Origin: Candidatus Aenigmatarchaeota archaeon
GTDB taxonomy: Archaea > Aenigmatarchaeota > Aenigmatarchaeia > QMZP01 > JAFGSV01
Assembly (NCBI GenBank): GCA_016934325.1
Contig: JAFGSV010000012.1
Span: 44,373-108,372 of the forward strand
Direction of reading: 5' to 3'
DNA length: 64,000 nucleotides
The notes under the pieces were generated by a model that had not been told where the DNA came from, made no database searches, and worked only from the letters and a program-made list of their open reading frames with translations. Below, one piece after another: positions 9,277 to 19,163 of the stretch. The stretch's first letter is position 1; each line of letters starts with the position of its first letter. A program made the position numbers and the translations under genes.

Positions 9277-10446
9277 TTGATTCTCATGAAGAAAGAAGCA
9301 TTGAAGGAGTTCAGGAAGCCAGAGGTCGCGGCGGTAGCCAAGGAAGTCCTCAAGAGGGGGCCCGTATGCGACAACTGCCTCGGCAGGCAGGCGGCACAGG
9401 TATCGACGGGCATGACCAACAGGGATAGGGGAAAGGCCTTGCGGCAGATGCTGGGGGCCGGCAGGGAGCCTGCGAAGTGCGGCGTGTGCATGGGTATATT
9501 CAAGAGGATTGACGGATACGCCGACGCAGCTGCCAAGAGGCTCGCCAAGCTCGAGTATGAGACATTCCTGGTAGGGACGAAGATGAGCTGCGATTTCATC
9601 CGATCCGAGGAGTCGCTGTGGGAGGACGTCGGCATAGACTACTGCGAATCGATAAGGTCCGAGCTCAACAGGGAGCTCGGGAAGCTGATATGGAAGAAGG
9701 TGAAGCATGAAGTCGACGAGAAGAGCCCGGACGTCCTGGTAATCCTGAATCTGGAAAAGGACAGGATCGACCTGCAAGTGAAGTCACTATTCATATCGGG
9801 AGGGTACAAGAAGCTCGTGCGGGGGATACCCCAGACGAAATGGGACAAGTACAGGGAGACGGTCGAGGACATCATCGCCGCGCCGCTGTTGAAGGCCACG
9901 GGGGGAGAAGGCCACTCCATGCACGCCGCCGGCAGGGAGGACATAGATGCCAGGTGCCTCGACTGGCGGCCTTTCGTATTCGAGATCAAGAACCCCGTCA
10001 GGAGGAAGATCGACCTGCGCTTGATGAGGGCCAAGATAAAGAAGTCCGGGAAGGTCGAGGTTTCAGGCCTTAGCTTCTCCGACAAGAAACAGGTTCCAAT
10101 CGTGAAGTCCATGAGGCACGACAAGACGTATTCGGTACTCGTTGAATTCGAGAGGCCCGTCAAGAGCATCGAGGCCGTCGAGGGTGTGAAGGGGTACGTC
10201 AGCCAGCGCACCCCGACGAGGGTGATGCACCGCAGGGCGGACCTGACGAGGAAGAGGAGGGTCATCGACATCAGTTGGAAGAGGATAAACAATAAAAACT
10301 TTGAGCTACAAATAAAAGGAGAAGCGGGATTATACGTGAAGGAGCTGGTGACCGGGGATTCGGGCAGGACGAAGCCCTCCATCGCCGGCCTGCTCGGGAA
10401 TCCTGCCGCAGTCAAGGCGCTTGACGTAATCAAGATTTGGGATTGA
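9277..10446 (+). CDS. pus10: tRNA pseudouridine synthase Pus10
   Basis: N-terminal Zn-ribbon (CDNC...CGVC), THUMP-like middle, catalytic 'HAAGREDIDARCLDWRPFVFE'. Confidence 0.8.
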   Translation: MILMKKEALKEFRKPEVAAVAKEVLKRGPVCDNCLGRQAAQVSTGMTNRDRGKALRQMLGAGREPAKCGVCMGIFKRIDGYADAAAKRLAKLEYETFLVGTKMSCDFIRSEESLWEDVGIDYCESIRSELNRELGKLIWKKVKHEVDEKSPDVLVILNLEKDRIDLQVKSLFISGGYKKLVRGIPQTKWDKYRETVEDIIAAPLLKATGGEGHSMHAAGREDIDARCLDWRPFVFEIKNPVRRKIDLRLMRAKIKKSGKVEVSGLSFSDKKQVPIVKSMRHDKTYSVLVEFERPVKSIEAVEGVKGYVSQRTPTRVMHRRADLTRKRRVIDISWKRINNKNFELQIKGEAGLYVKELVTGDSGRTKPSIAGLLGNPAAVKALDVIKIWD

Positions 10447-10451
10447 TCGGA

Positions 10452-10748
10452 ATGGTGAAGGCATCCAGGGGACTGAGGACCGGGACGAGAAGGAAGCTAA
10501 GGAAGGACAGCAGGGCGAAGTTCACGATCACCCCGCACCTCAGGGTCTTCAAGGAAAGGGAAAGGGTGACCGTTAGGCCGAACCCACGTTCCCACGGGGG
10601 AATGCCTCACGCCAGGCTGCTTGGAGCTTCAGGCGTGGTCATAGGCAAGAGGGGCAGCGCGTACATCGTAGAGGTGAAGGTCGGGAACACCCACAAGACC
10701 ATCACGGCCAGGCCCGAGCACCTGCAGCCCGTCAAAGAGGGGGGATGA
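10452..10748 (+). CDS. rpl21e: Ribosomal protein L21e
   Basis: 'MVKASRGLRTGTRRKLRKDSRAKFTITP' is a canonical L21e N-terminus. Confidence 0.8.
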   Translation: MVKASRGLRTGTRRKLRKDSRAKFTITPHLRVFKERERVTVRPNPRSHGGMPHARLLGASGVVIGKRGSAYIVEVKVGNTHKTITARPEHLQPVKEGG

Positions 10749-11083
10749 GACGGATGGAGATAAAGAGCGAGAAGTTCGTAACGCCGTACGAGGCCAGGAA
10801 GATACTGAAGAAGAGGGGAAAGGACACGGAGCTGAACTACGAGCAGAAGAACGCCATGGAATACCTGAACAAGTTCTGCAAGGTCCCCGAGAAGGAGATA
10901 GATGCGCTGGTGTCGGAGCTCAGCGGGATAGAGAGGCTGAACGACAAGCACATCGTCGGGATCGTCGGCATGATGCCCAAGGACGAGGAGGACCTGAGGC
11001 TGCTTTTCGCCAACGAGAGGATAGTGCTGGCTGACGAGGACAAGAAGAGGATAATCTCCGCGGTGAAGAAGCACGGCAAGTGA
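10745..11083 (+). CDS. rpoF: RNA polymerase subunit Rpo4/F (Rpb4 homologue)
   Basis: 112-aa helical protein immediately downstream of L21e (conserved L21e-RpoF linkage); 'ELNYEQKNAMEYL' HRDC-like. Confidence 0.55.
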   Translation: MRRMEIKSEKFVTPYEARKILKKRGKDTELNYEQKNAMEYLNKFCKVPEKEIDALVSELSGIERLNDKHIVGIVGMMPKDEEDLRLLFANERIVLADEDKKRIISAVKKHGK

Positions 11084-11160
11084 ACTTGCGCCAGCGCTTT
11101 TCACAAATCGGCATGCTCCATTGCATGATCTGTTCTTATATATCCGCTGGAGTAGCGATA

Positions 11161-11173
11161 TCTTTATAAATGG
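11161..11173 (+). promoter_or_regulatory. BRE/TATA box upstream of tfb
   Basis: 'TCTTTATAAATGG' about 60 nt upstream of the TFB ATG. The same CTTTATAAA core recurs at 22151 and 22371. Confidence 0.45.
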
Positions 11174-11232
11174 ATGCATGAAAGAATATATAACATTATT
11201 TCAGGTATAATCACTGTAAAGGAGTAAATAGA

Positions 11233-12222
11233 ATGTCATCCGAGGATGAAATGGGTATTGAAGCTGCCAAAGCAAGGAGGCAAAAAGTCAAGTGCCCGGA
11301 GTGCGGCAGCGAGAACATAAAGTACGATCCTTCTAAGGGCGAATCCGTCTGCATGAAGTGCGGGCTTGTCGTCGATGAGTCCATGATAGACTTCACACAG
11401 GAATGGAGGGCCTTCGACGAGGACCAGAGGAGCAGGAGGGTCAGGACGGGAGCGCCCCTGACGCCCACGAAGCACGACCAGGGCATAACGACGGAGATGG
11501 GCAAGGGAAGGGGCGAGCTCTTCAAGGTGGCGCCGAAGAAGAGGGCGCAGTACTACAGGCTCACGAAATGGCACAAGAGGCTCATCAAGTCCAAGGACAG
11601 GAATCTCTCTTTCGCTTTCTCGGAGCTGCAGAGGCTGGTATCGTACCTGGGCCTCTCCCAGTCCATACACGAGAGGGTCGCGAAGCTGTACGAGAAGGCG
11701 GTCGACGGGGGACTCGTCAGGGGCAGGAGCACGGAATCCATCATAGCGGCCCTGCTGTACACGGTATGCAGGGAGGAAGGCGCCCCGAGGACCCTTGACG
11801 AGATATCCAAGGCGAGCGGAATAAACAGGAGGGACATAGGGAAGACGTACAGGTACGTCGCCAGGAAGCTCGACATGAGGATACTGCCCGCGAAGTCCCA
11901 GGATTACGTTCCCAGGTTCGGCTCTCTGCTGGGGCTTTCCGAGAAGGTCCAGGTGAGGGCAGTCCATGTGCTCGACCAGGCCAGCCAGTTCGACGTCACG
12001 TCGGGCAAGGGGCCCATCGGGGTCGCGGCCGCCGCGTTGTACATCGCAGCAGTTCTCGAGGGCGAGAAGAAGACCCAGAGGGAGGTCGCGGACGCGATAG
12101 GCGTCACCGAGGTCACGATCAGGAACAGGTACAAGGAGATCATAGAGAAGCTCGGCATCAAGGACGAGGTCGAGGAGAAAGTGAAGGAAGACGAGGAACA
12201 GCAGCAGAGCAACAAGAAATGA
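11233..12222 (+). CDS. tfb: Transcription initiation factor TFB
   Basis: N-terminal Zn ribbon 'CPECGSENIKYD...CMKCG', B-reader, two cyclin folds, KE-rich tail. Confidence 0.9.
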   Translation: MSSEDEMGIEAAKARRQKVKCPECGSENIKYDPSKGESVCMKCGLVVDESMIDFTQEWRAFDEDQRSRRVRTGAPLTPTKHDQGITTEMGKGRGELFKVAPKKRAQYYRLTKWHKRLIKSKDRNLSFAFSELQRLVSYLGLSQSIHERVAKLYEKAVDGGLVRGRSTESIIAALLYTVCREEGAPRTLDEISKASGINRRDIGKTYRYVARKLDMRILPAKSQDYVPRFGSLLGLSEKVQVRAVHVLDQASQFDVTSGKGPIGVAAAALYIAAVLEGEKKTQREVADAIGVTEVTIRNRYKEIIEKLGIKDEVEEKVKEDEEQQQSNKK

Positions 12223-12357
12223 TGATTACCGCTCTCCGCCGCACCATGCACCAACCCCTTTTCTGAATTTTCCGTCAAGGAATAAGACCAATCACGGTGG
12301 GAAAGGGCCCGGAAAAACTTTTAATAAACAAACACCGATTCTATATGAGGTGTTCGA

Positions 12358-14199
12358 ATGCTTGACGAGGAGAACAGGAAGAAGCTCGAGGCATTGGGCA
12401 ACAGGCACGTCATGCGCAAGGTTCATGAGGCCATCGGGCTGTGCAAGCCCGCGAAGGTCATGGTCGTAACCGATTCGGACGATGAGGTTGCCAGGATCCG
12501 CCAGCTCTCCATGGACATGGGAGAGGAGAGGCCGCTGGCGGCGAAGGGCCACACGGTCCATTACGACGGATATTTCGACCAGGCCAGGGACAAGGCCAAC
12601 ACGAGGATCCTCATCCCGGCGGGTAAGAGTATAAGCAGGTACATCAAGACCGCCGACCGGAAGTCGGGGCTGAAGGAAGTGCTTGGATTCCTTGACGGCA
12701 GCATGAGCGGCAAGGAGATGTACGTCCGCTTCTTCTGCCTCGGGCCGGTGAATTCGAGATTCTCCATACCCGCCCTGCAGATAACGGATTCCCTCTATGT
12801 CGCCCACAGCGAGGACATACTCTACAGGAAAGGGTACGAGCAGTTCAAGCGGCTCAATGGGTCCGGCAGCTTCTTCTTTTTCCTCCATTCAGCGGGGAAG
12901 CTTGAGAACGGCGTCTGCGCCGAGATCGACAAGAGGCGCATATACATAGACCTCGAGACAGACAGCGTCTATACCGTCAACAACCAGTACGCGGGCAACA
13001 GCCTCGGCCTGAAGAAGCTCGCGATGAGGCTGGGGATACAGAAGGCCGCGCGCGAGGGCTGGATGCTCGAGCACATGTTCATAATGGCCGCCCACAGGCC
13101 GGCCGGCAGGAAGACCTATTTCACGGGGGCCTTCCCGAGCGCGTGCGGGAAGACGTCCACAGCGATGATCAGGGGACAGACCATAGTAGCTGATGACATC
13201 GCATACCTAAGGCCCTGGAGCGACGGGACCCTGCATGCGGTGAACGTCGAGCAGGGGATCTTCGGCATAATCGAGAACGTGAACCCGCACGACGACCCTG
13301 TCATCCACAAGGCCCTGACGACCCCGAGGGAGCTCATACTTTCGAACGTCCTTACCGTTGGCGGAAAGGCGTACTGGCTCGGCATGGGCAAGCCCCTTCC
13401 GGAACATGGCATCAACTACAGCGGGGAGTGGCACAAGGGCAAGAGGGGCCCCGACGGGAGGGAGATCCCGCCAGCGAACAAGAACGCCAGGTACACCATA
13501 AGGCTGCAGGAGCTTGACAACGTGGACGACAGGGCCGAGGACCCGTCCGGCGTTCCGATCGCGGGCTTCATATTCGGCGGCAGGGATTCCAATACGAGCG
13601 TCCCCGTCTCTCAGTCGCTAAGCTGGGCGCACGGGGTCCTGCTGGCGGCCAGCCTCGAATCGGAGACGACCGCGGCCACATTGGGCAAGGTTGGCGAGCT
13701 ATCACACAGCCCCATGGCGAACATGGACTTCCTGTCCATACCGCTGGGGATGTACATAGGCAATTACCTAAAGATAGGGAAGAGCGTCAAGAAGCCGCCG
13801 CTGATATTCTCGGTCAACTACTTCCTTAAGGACGAGGGCGGCGAGTTCATGAACAGCAAGCTGGACAAGAAGGTCTGGCTGCTGTGGATGGAGGGGAGGG
13901 CCCATGGGGATTTCGGTGCGATAGAGACCCCGGTAGGATATATCCCCAGGCTCGCCGACCTGCAGGGGCTGTTCAGGCAGGTCTTCGGCAGGAGATACAC
14001 ACGAGGAGAGTACGAGCGCCAGTTCTCGATCAGGCTCACCAGGTTCGCCGAGAAGTTCGCCAGGATCGAGGAGATATACGCGGAGGAGCCCGGGATACCG
14101 GACGAGTTCAGGGCCGAGCTGGCGAGCCAGAGGGAGAGGCTGCAGGAAGCCCGGGAAAGGTTCGGGAAGGACGAGGTCTCTCCAAGCGAGTTCGAATAG
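12358..14199 (+). CDS. pckG: Phosphoenolpyruvate carboxykinase (GTP)
   Basis: 613 aa, kinase-1a P-loop 'FPSACGKTS', typical GTP-PEPCK length and motifs. Confidence 0.85.
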   Translation: MLDEENRKKLEALGNRHVMRKVHEAIGLCKPAKVMVVTDSDDEVARIRQLSMDMGEERPLAAKGHTVHYDGYFDQARDKANTRILIPAGKSISRYIKTADRKSGLKEVLGFLDGSMSGKEMYVRFFCLGPVNSRFSIPALQITDSLYVAHSEDILYRKGYEQFKRLNGSGSFFFFLHSAGKLENGVCAEIDKRRIYIDLETDSVYTVNNQYAGNSLGLKKLAMRLGIQKAAREGWMLEHMFIMAAHRPAGRKTYFTGAFPSACGKTSTAMIRGQTIVADDIAYLRPWSDGTLHAVNVEQGIFGIIENVNPHDDPVIHKALTTPRELILSNVLTVGGKAYWLGMGKPLPEHGINYSGEWHKGKRGPDGREIPPANKNARYTIRLQELDNVDDRAEDPSGVPIAGFIFGGRDSNTSVPVSQSLSWAHGVLLAASLESETTAATLGKVGELSHSPMANMDFLSIPLGMYIGNYLKIGKSVKKPPLIFSVNYFLKDEGGEFMNSKLDKKVWLLWMEGRAHGDFGAIETPVGYIPRLADLQGLFRQVFGRRYTRGEYERQFSIRLTRFAEKFARIEEIYAEEPGIPDEFRAELASQRERLQEARERFGKDEVSPSEFE

Positions 14200-14601
14200 A
14201 GCCTGGAAGAATGGCGGCTTAATATATAATATGACTACCTTTCAAAAGTTGTTTACCGTTAATCCTTATTTAAAATTTATTCTCATTTTATCATCTTATG
14301 GGGGATTGTTCATGCATGTAAATGTGAATGTATTGAGAGGCCATAGATTCATAGCAGATACTGTAGAAAATACTCCCAGAACTTGTGAATTGTGCACTTA
14401 TAATAATGATGGCGGACAGTATACTGGTGATTGCCCATATTTTTCGATTATTTTTTCTGTTCCAAGAACCAAAGAGAATATGCATCAATTGGAGGGAAAA
14501 GCGCCTGGAAATTACTGCTATAAGTGGGAATTCGGCTTAGCCGGCGAAGATTGATTTTTATTCCCCCTCCAATGACATCCTGAACGCCTTTCTGACGATC
14601 A

Positions 14602-16380
14602 TCACGAATAGTAGTAATCTCCTTTCTCCTTCTGCTCCCTGTCCAGCACCGAGTCCGGCTTGTTCGCTCTCGCCCTGCCGGTGTGGGGGTCCCTGCGGAA
14701 GGTGATGTTCAGCTTCTTGAGGAAGCTGTTCATGCCGTCACGAAGGTTGGTCGGGGCATGCCCGAACCCCTTCTTCCCCCGTTCGCCCTCGAAGACCATC
14801 ACCCTGTCGGCGACAGCGTCGATGATCTGCAGGTCGTGGTCGACGATGAAAGCGGCAACCTCCATGCCCTCCACGACCTCCCTGATCAGCTTGGCCACCC
14901 TGAGCCTCTGCTCCACGTCAAGGAAGGCCGTCGGCTCGTCTAGCAGCAGGATATCGAAGTCCTTTCCCAGGTTTGCTGCTATAAGGACCGCCTGCGCCTC
15001 CCCGCCCGAAAGGTTTCCCATCTTCCTCTCGAACAGCTTCTCGAGCTCGAGAACGCGCACGATCCTCTTGCTCCGCTTGCTGCCGGGGTCGATCTCCCCG
15101 GCAAGGTATTCCCTCACCGTCATCTCGGATTGCTCGTCGCCCAGCTCGATGCGCTGGGGCTTGTAAGCCAGCCTGAGGTCCTTGATACCCACGCCTTGAT
15201 TGGGCTTGACTTTGCCTGTCAGCATGTTGATGAAGGTCGTCTTGCCTGTGGCATTCGGGCCTAGGATCCCAATGATCTCCCCCTTGCAAAGGGTCGATCC
15301 CTCAGTCGCCATGGAGAAGGGGCCGAAGCTCTTCTTGTATGCCGGGAACCTGAGGAAGGCCTGGGTCTTGAGCGACTCGGCCGCCCCCTTGCTGAAGACT
15401 ATGCTCTCATCCCTGAACCTGACGTTCTCCTCCTTCACGTAGCCTTCGAGGTAGGTGTTGATGCCCGTCCTCACCCCCTGGGGCTTCGATATTATCCCGA
15501 AGCAGGCGGGCTTCCCGTAAAGGATATGCACTTGATCCGCCAGGTAGTCCGCCACCGCGAGGTCGTGCTCGACGACCATGACCATGCTATCTTGGGAAAG
15601 CTTCCTTATCTCCCTGGCGACGATGAGCCTCTGCTCCACGTCCAGGAACGAGCTAGGCTCGTCGAAGAAGTACAGCCCGGCGTCCTTGAGCAGGGTCGCG
15701 GCCACGGCAAGCAGCTGCAGCTCGCCCCCCGACATGCTTCGCAGGTCCTTGTCGAGCAAAGGTGCGAGGTTCAGGCCTTCCCTGACGGACGACAGCCTTC
15801 CCCTCTCATCAACCTTGCTGAGCAGCTCGCCCGCCTTGCCCTTCCACATCCTGGGTATGGAATCGATGTTCTGCGGCTTGTATGCGACCTTGACCCCCCT
15901 TTCCTTGAGCTTCGTAAGGTAGTCCTGCAGCTCGCTGCCCTTGAACATCCCGATTATCTGATCCCATGGTATGCTCTTCCCCAGCATCCCCGTGTTCGGC
16001 TTCAGCTCCCCCGACAGGATCTTCAGGGCCGTCGATTTCCCCACGCCGTTCTGGCCGATGAGCCCAACGACCAGCCTTCTCCTGGGCACTGGCAGCCGGA
16101 AGAGGACGAACTGGTTCCTGCCGTACCTGTGCACGGGGGTCTCGTGCAGCTCCCGGGGCAGGTTTATGATGCTTATCGCCAGGGTCGGGCACTTGTTGGA
16201 GCAGATGCCGCAGCCGACGCACAGGTCCTCGTCTATCAGGGGCTTCTTGTCCGCCTCGTTTACGGTTATGCAGTCGTCCCCCGACCTGTTTATGGGGCAC
16301 ATCCTCTTGCACAGGTGGTTGCACACGCTCGGCTTGCACGCCTCCCTGTCTATGACGGCTATCCTCTTGGTCATACCCAT
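14602..16380 (-). CDS. abcE1: ABCE1/RLI ribosome-recycling ATPase
   Basis: N-terminal 2x[4Fe-4S] ferredoxin (CKPSVCNHLCKRMCP..CVGCGICSNKCP) followed by twin ABC domains (GQNGVGKST / GPNATGKTT, LSGGE signatures). Confidence 0.9.
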   Translation of the reverse strand: MGMTKRIAVIDREACKPSVCNHLCKRMCPINRSGDDCITVNEADKKPLIDEDLCVGCGICSNKCPTLAISIINLPRELHETPVHRYGRNQFVLFRLPVPRRRLVVGLIGQNGVGKSTALKILSGELKPNTGMLGKSIPWDQIIGMFKGSELQDYLTKLKERGVKVAYKPQNIDSIPRMWKGKAGELLSKVDERGRLSSVREGLNLAPLLDKDLRSMSGGELQLLAVAATLLKDAGLYFFDEPSSFLDVEQRLIVAREIRKLSQDSMVMVVEHDLAVADYLADQVHILYGKPACFGIISKPQGVRTGINTYLEGYVKEENVRFRDESIVFSKGAAESLKTQAFLRFPAYKKSFGPFSMATEGSTLCKGEIIGILGPNATGKTTFINMLTGKVKPNQGVGIKDLRLAYKPQRIELGDEQSEMTVREYLAGEIDPGSKRSKRIVRVLELEKLFERKMGNLSGGEAQAVLIAANLGKDFDILLLDEPTAFLDVEQRLRVAKLIREVVEGMEVAAFIVDHDLQIIDAVADRVMVFEGERGKKGFGHAPTNLRDGMNSFLKKLNITFRRDPHTGRARANKPDSVLDREQKEKGDYYYS

Positions 16381-16895
16381 CAGGCGCTCCTGAAGACGCT
16401 GAACTCGACATCCTTCCTGAACATCCGCATTATTATGCTCCTCATGTCATCCACTGGCACCCTGGGACCCGGCCCCTTGCCCGTCAGGACCCTCAGCACC
16501 TCGCCCTGCGGCCTGTAGACAACGTTGATGCCGTGCACGGGAACGGGATGGAGCAGGTCTGTTATGAATGCGCGCATATCACCCCCGCTCTCGACTATCC
16601 TGACGGGCTTGCCGAGCTCCTTCTCCAGCTTCTTCACGGTCAGCCCGCTCTTGCCGATTATCCTTGCGGCGTCCCCCCTGGCGCAGACTATCGCAAGCAT
16701 GCTGTCCGATTCGAACGCGCGCTGCATGTCGATGTCCCTGAGCGACTTGATGCTGCCGGAGAGCCGCAGCAGGGCCCTGGCCACCTTGATGTCAGTTTCG
16801 GTGACCCGGCCGCTCTCGAACTTCTCCAGGCAGGTCCTGCACAGGATTCCCGACTTTAGGCAGACGCCGCATATGGGTGCCTTCATGAATATCAA
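16380..16895 (-). CDS. KH-domain RNA-binding protein with N-terminal zinc ribbon
   Basis: 'CGVCLKSGILCRTC' ribbon plus KH motif 'IIGKSGLTVKKLEKELGKPVRIV'. Confidence 0.5.
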   Translation of the reverse strand: MIFMKAPICGVCLKSGILCRTCLEKFESGRVTETDIKVARALLRLSGSIKSLRDIDMQRAFESDSMLAIVCARGDAARIIGKSGLTVKKLEKELGKPVRIVESGGDMRAFITDLLHPVPVHGINVVYRPQGEVLRVLTGKGPGPRVPVDDMRSIIMRMFRKDVEFSVFRSA

Positions 16896-17046
16896 ATCCT
16901 TCCCGAATTTATATTAGCCGGCATTTGCAGGCACAGTTATCAAAGCTTTATACTGTACGGATGCCGGTAACCTTAATGTTAATCTGCCGGTTTTTTAAGC
17001 ACGACGAATCAACAATATTTCAGGGCCTGCAAACAGGGCGGTTGAC

Positions 17047-17880
17047 ATGCCAAGCAAGAGGAAGGAACGGAAGAACCCCATGATGGGTCATGGCCACAGG
17101 GCAGTTGACTGGCCCGTAACCATAAAGAGGTCTGCCCGGTTCTGCTTCGAGCCCAAGAGGTTCCTGCCCTTCTTCATCACCGACGCCCTTGTGATAACCA
17201 TCGCGTTCCTGCTCATAGGCGGCGCTGCCATGCCTTACGGGGGCCTTGCCGCCGGGTCCCTGCCGCTTGAAGCGGACTCGGCGATCGTGATGCTCGCAAT
17301 CCTCATCATCGCATGGTTCCTCGCTTCTCTGTGGATAACGGGCGCCGTCATCCATCAGAGCTCGAAGCCCAATGAGTTCGACAGGAGCTGGCTCGTGTCG
17401 GCGCGCATGTATCCGAACCTGCTAGCAGCGACAGCAATCGTGGCGGTCATCACGATCATCCTGTCATCGGTGCCTCAGGTGGGGCTGCTGCTTTCCATCG
17501 TCGCTTCGCTGGCCTTCCTTCTCGTGAGCCAGTTCGTCATCGTCGGCGGCATGAAATTCCATCAGGCACTGTCAATGAGCTTGAAAACGCTCAGGTACAA
17601 GTTCCTCGCGGTATTCCTCTCGTGGCTCATCGGGGGCCTGCTATCCCTGGCGATAATGCTGGTTTTCGCATCGCCGCTGATAGCGACGGTATTCTATTTC
17701 GTGGCCACGTACGGAATGGAGGACGCGATACTTTACATGATGGTTTCCCTTGATTGGAGCGTCATCTACGCAGAATCCGGCATCCTGCTTCTGGGCTTAT
17801 CCATATCCAGGACGTTCGGCCTGAATTTCCTGACGGACGTGTACCTGCAGCTCAACAGGAAGAGGTTCTTCATATTCTAG
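17047..17880 (+). CDS. Polytopic membrane protein (6 predicted TM), hypothetical
   Basis: Six long hydrophobic helices. No recognisable family. Confidence 0.45.
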   Translation: MPSKRKERKNPMMGHGHRAVDWPVTIKRSARFCFEPKRFLPFFITDALVITIAFLLIGGAAMPYGGLAAGSLPLEADSAIVMLAILIIAWFLASLWITGAVIHQSSKPNEFDRSWLVSARMYPNLLAATAIVAVITIILSSVPQVGLLLSIVASLAFLLVSQFVIVGGMKFHQALSMSLKTLRYKFLAVFLSWLIGGLLSLAIMLVFASPLIATVFYFVATYGMEDAILYMMVSLDWSVIYAESGILLLGLSISRTFGLNFLTDVYLQLNRKRFFIF

Positions 17881-17974
17881 GCTTGCCGGGGTGAAGCGCG
17901 GCTGGGCGCGCGGTATGCGGCATCCCGATGCGATCGCGGTATATAATTTAAATCAACGACTGAAGATTTATACT

Positions 17975-19135
17975 ATGCTCGTAGGGCTCGTCGGCGTCCC
18001 CAACTGCGGGAAATCCACAATGCTGAAGGCACTCACACTGGCGGATGTGCAGATCGCGAACTACCCATTCACGACAATCCAGCCGAACCAGTCGGTCGGC
18101 CATGTCATCAAGGACTGCGCCTGCAAGAAGCTGGGGGTGAGGTGCAACCCCCAGAACTCGAAGTGCGTGGGGGGCAAGAGGTGGATACCCGTCAAGCTGT
18201 TGGATGTTGCCGGTCTAGTACCTGGAGCCCACACTGGGAAGGGCCTAGGAAACCAGTTCCTCGACGACCTCCGCCAGGCGGACGGCCTCATCCACGTCCT
18301 GGACGTCTCGGGGCTGACGGATTCCGAGGGCAAGCCCAGGACCGATGATGACAGATTTGACCCCGAGGAGAACATCAAGGTCCTGGAGCAGGAGATAGAC
18401 GAATGGCTGCACGGGATCGTCCGGAAGAACATGGAGAAGGTCGAGACGCTGGCGAGGATGAAGAAGGTGCCCTTGGCGAGGCTGCTCGCGGAGAAGCTAT
18501 CGGGCCTGGGCATTACGGAGGAGGACATAAAGAGCGCCATGAGGCAGAGCGAGCTTGGCAGCAGAGAATTCGCCACCATCCTGCGGAGGGAATCGAAGCC
18601 CATGATCATAGCGGCGAACAAGATCGACCTGCCGGGGGCCGAGGAGAACTTCGGCAGGGTCAGGAAGGGCCACAGGAACGTCATCCCGGCCTCGGCCGAA
18701 TCCGAGCTGGCGCTGAGAGAGGCCGCCGAGCACGGGCTCATCGAGTACGAGCCGGGCGACCCCGATTTCAGGGAGAACGCCGGGAAGCTTACCGACAAGC
18801 AAATCGAGGCCCTCGGTTTCATCAGGGACAATGTCCTGCGGAAGCACGGCTCCACGGGCATCCAGCAGGCGCTGAACTCCCTCGTTTTCGACATGCTCCA
18901 ATACATCGTGGTCTACCCAGTCGCGAGCATGAGCAAGTATGCCGACAAGAAGGGCAACGTCCTTCCTGACGCCCATCTGGTGAAGAGGGGGACGACGCTG
19001 AAGGAGCTCGCGGGCAGGGTGCATTCGGACATGGCGGACAAGTTCATAGGCGGGCTCGACGTCGACAAGAAGAAGGTGGGGGCCGACCACGTGCTGCGCG
19101 ACGGAGAGGTGGTTGAAATCCTCTTCTCCCGATAG
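17975..19135 (+). CDS. Obg-superfamily GTPase (YchF/Ygr210-like) with C-terminal TGS domain
   Basis: G1 'GVPNCGKST', 'NYPFTTIQPN', a Cys-rich insert, and a C-terminal TGS-like 'LRDGEVVEILF'. Confidence 0.7.
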   Translation: MLVGLVGVPNCGKSTMLKALTLADVQIANYPFTTIQPNQSVGHVIKDCACKKLGVRCNPQNSKCVGGKRWIPVKLLDVAGLVPGAHTGKGLGNQFLDDLRQADGLIHVLDVSGLTDSEGKPRTDDDRFDPEENIKVLEQEIDEWLHGIVRKNMEKVETLARMKKVPLARLLAEKLSGLGITEEDIKSAMRQSELGSREFATILRRESKPMIIAANKIDLPGAEENFGRVRKGHRNVIPASAESELALREAAEHGLIEYEPGDPDFRENAGKLTDKQIEALGFIRDNVLRKHGSTGIQQALNSLVFDMLQYIVVYPVASMSKYADKKGNVLPDAHLVKRGTTLKELAGRVHSDMADKFIGGLDVDKKKVGADHVLRDGEVVEILFSR

Positions 19136-19163
19136 CCGTCTGATTAAGCCTCTTTTTTCTTCA

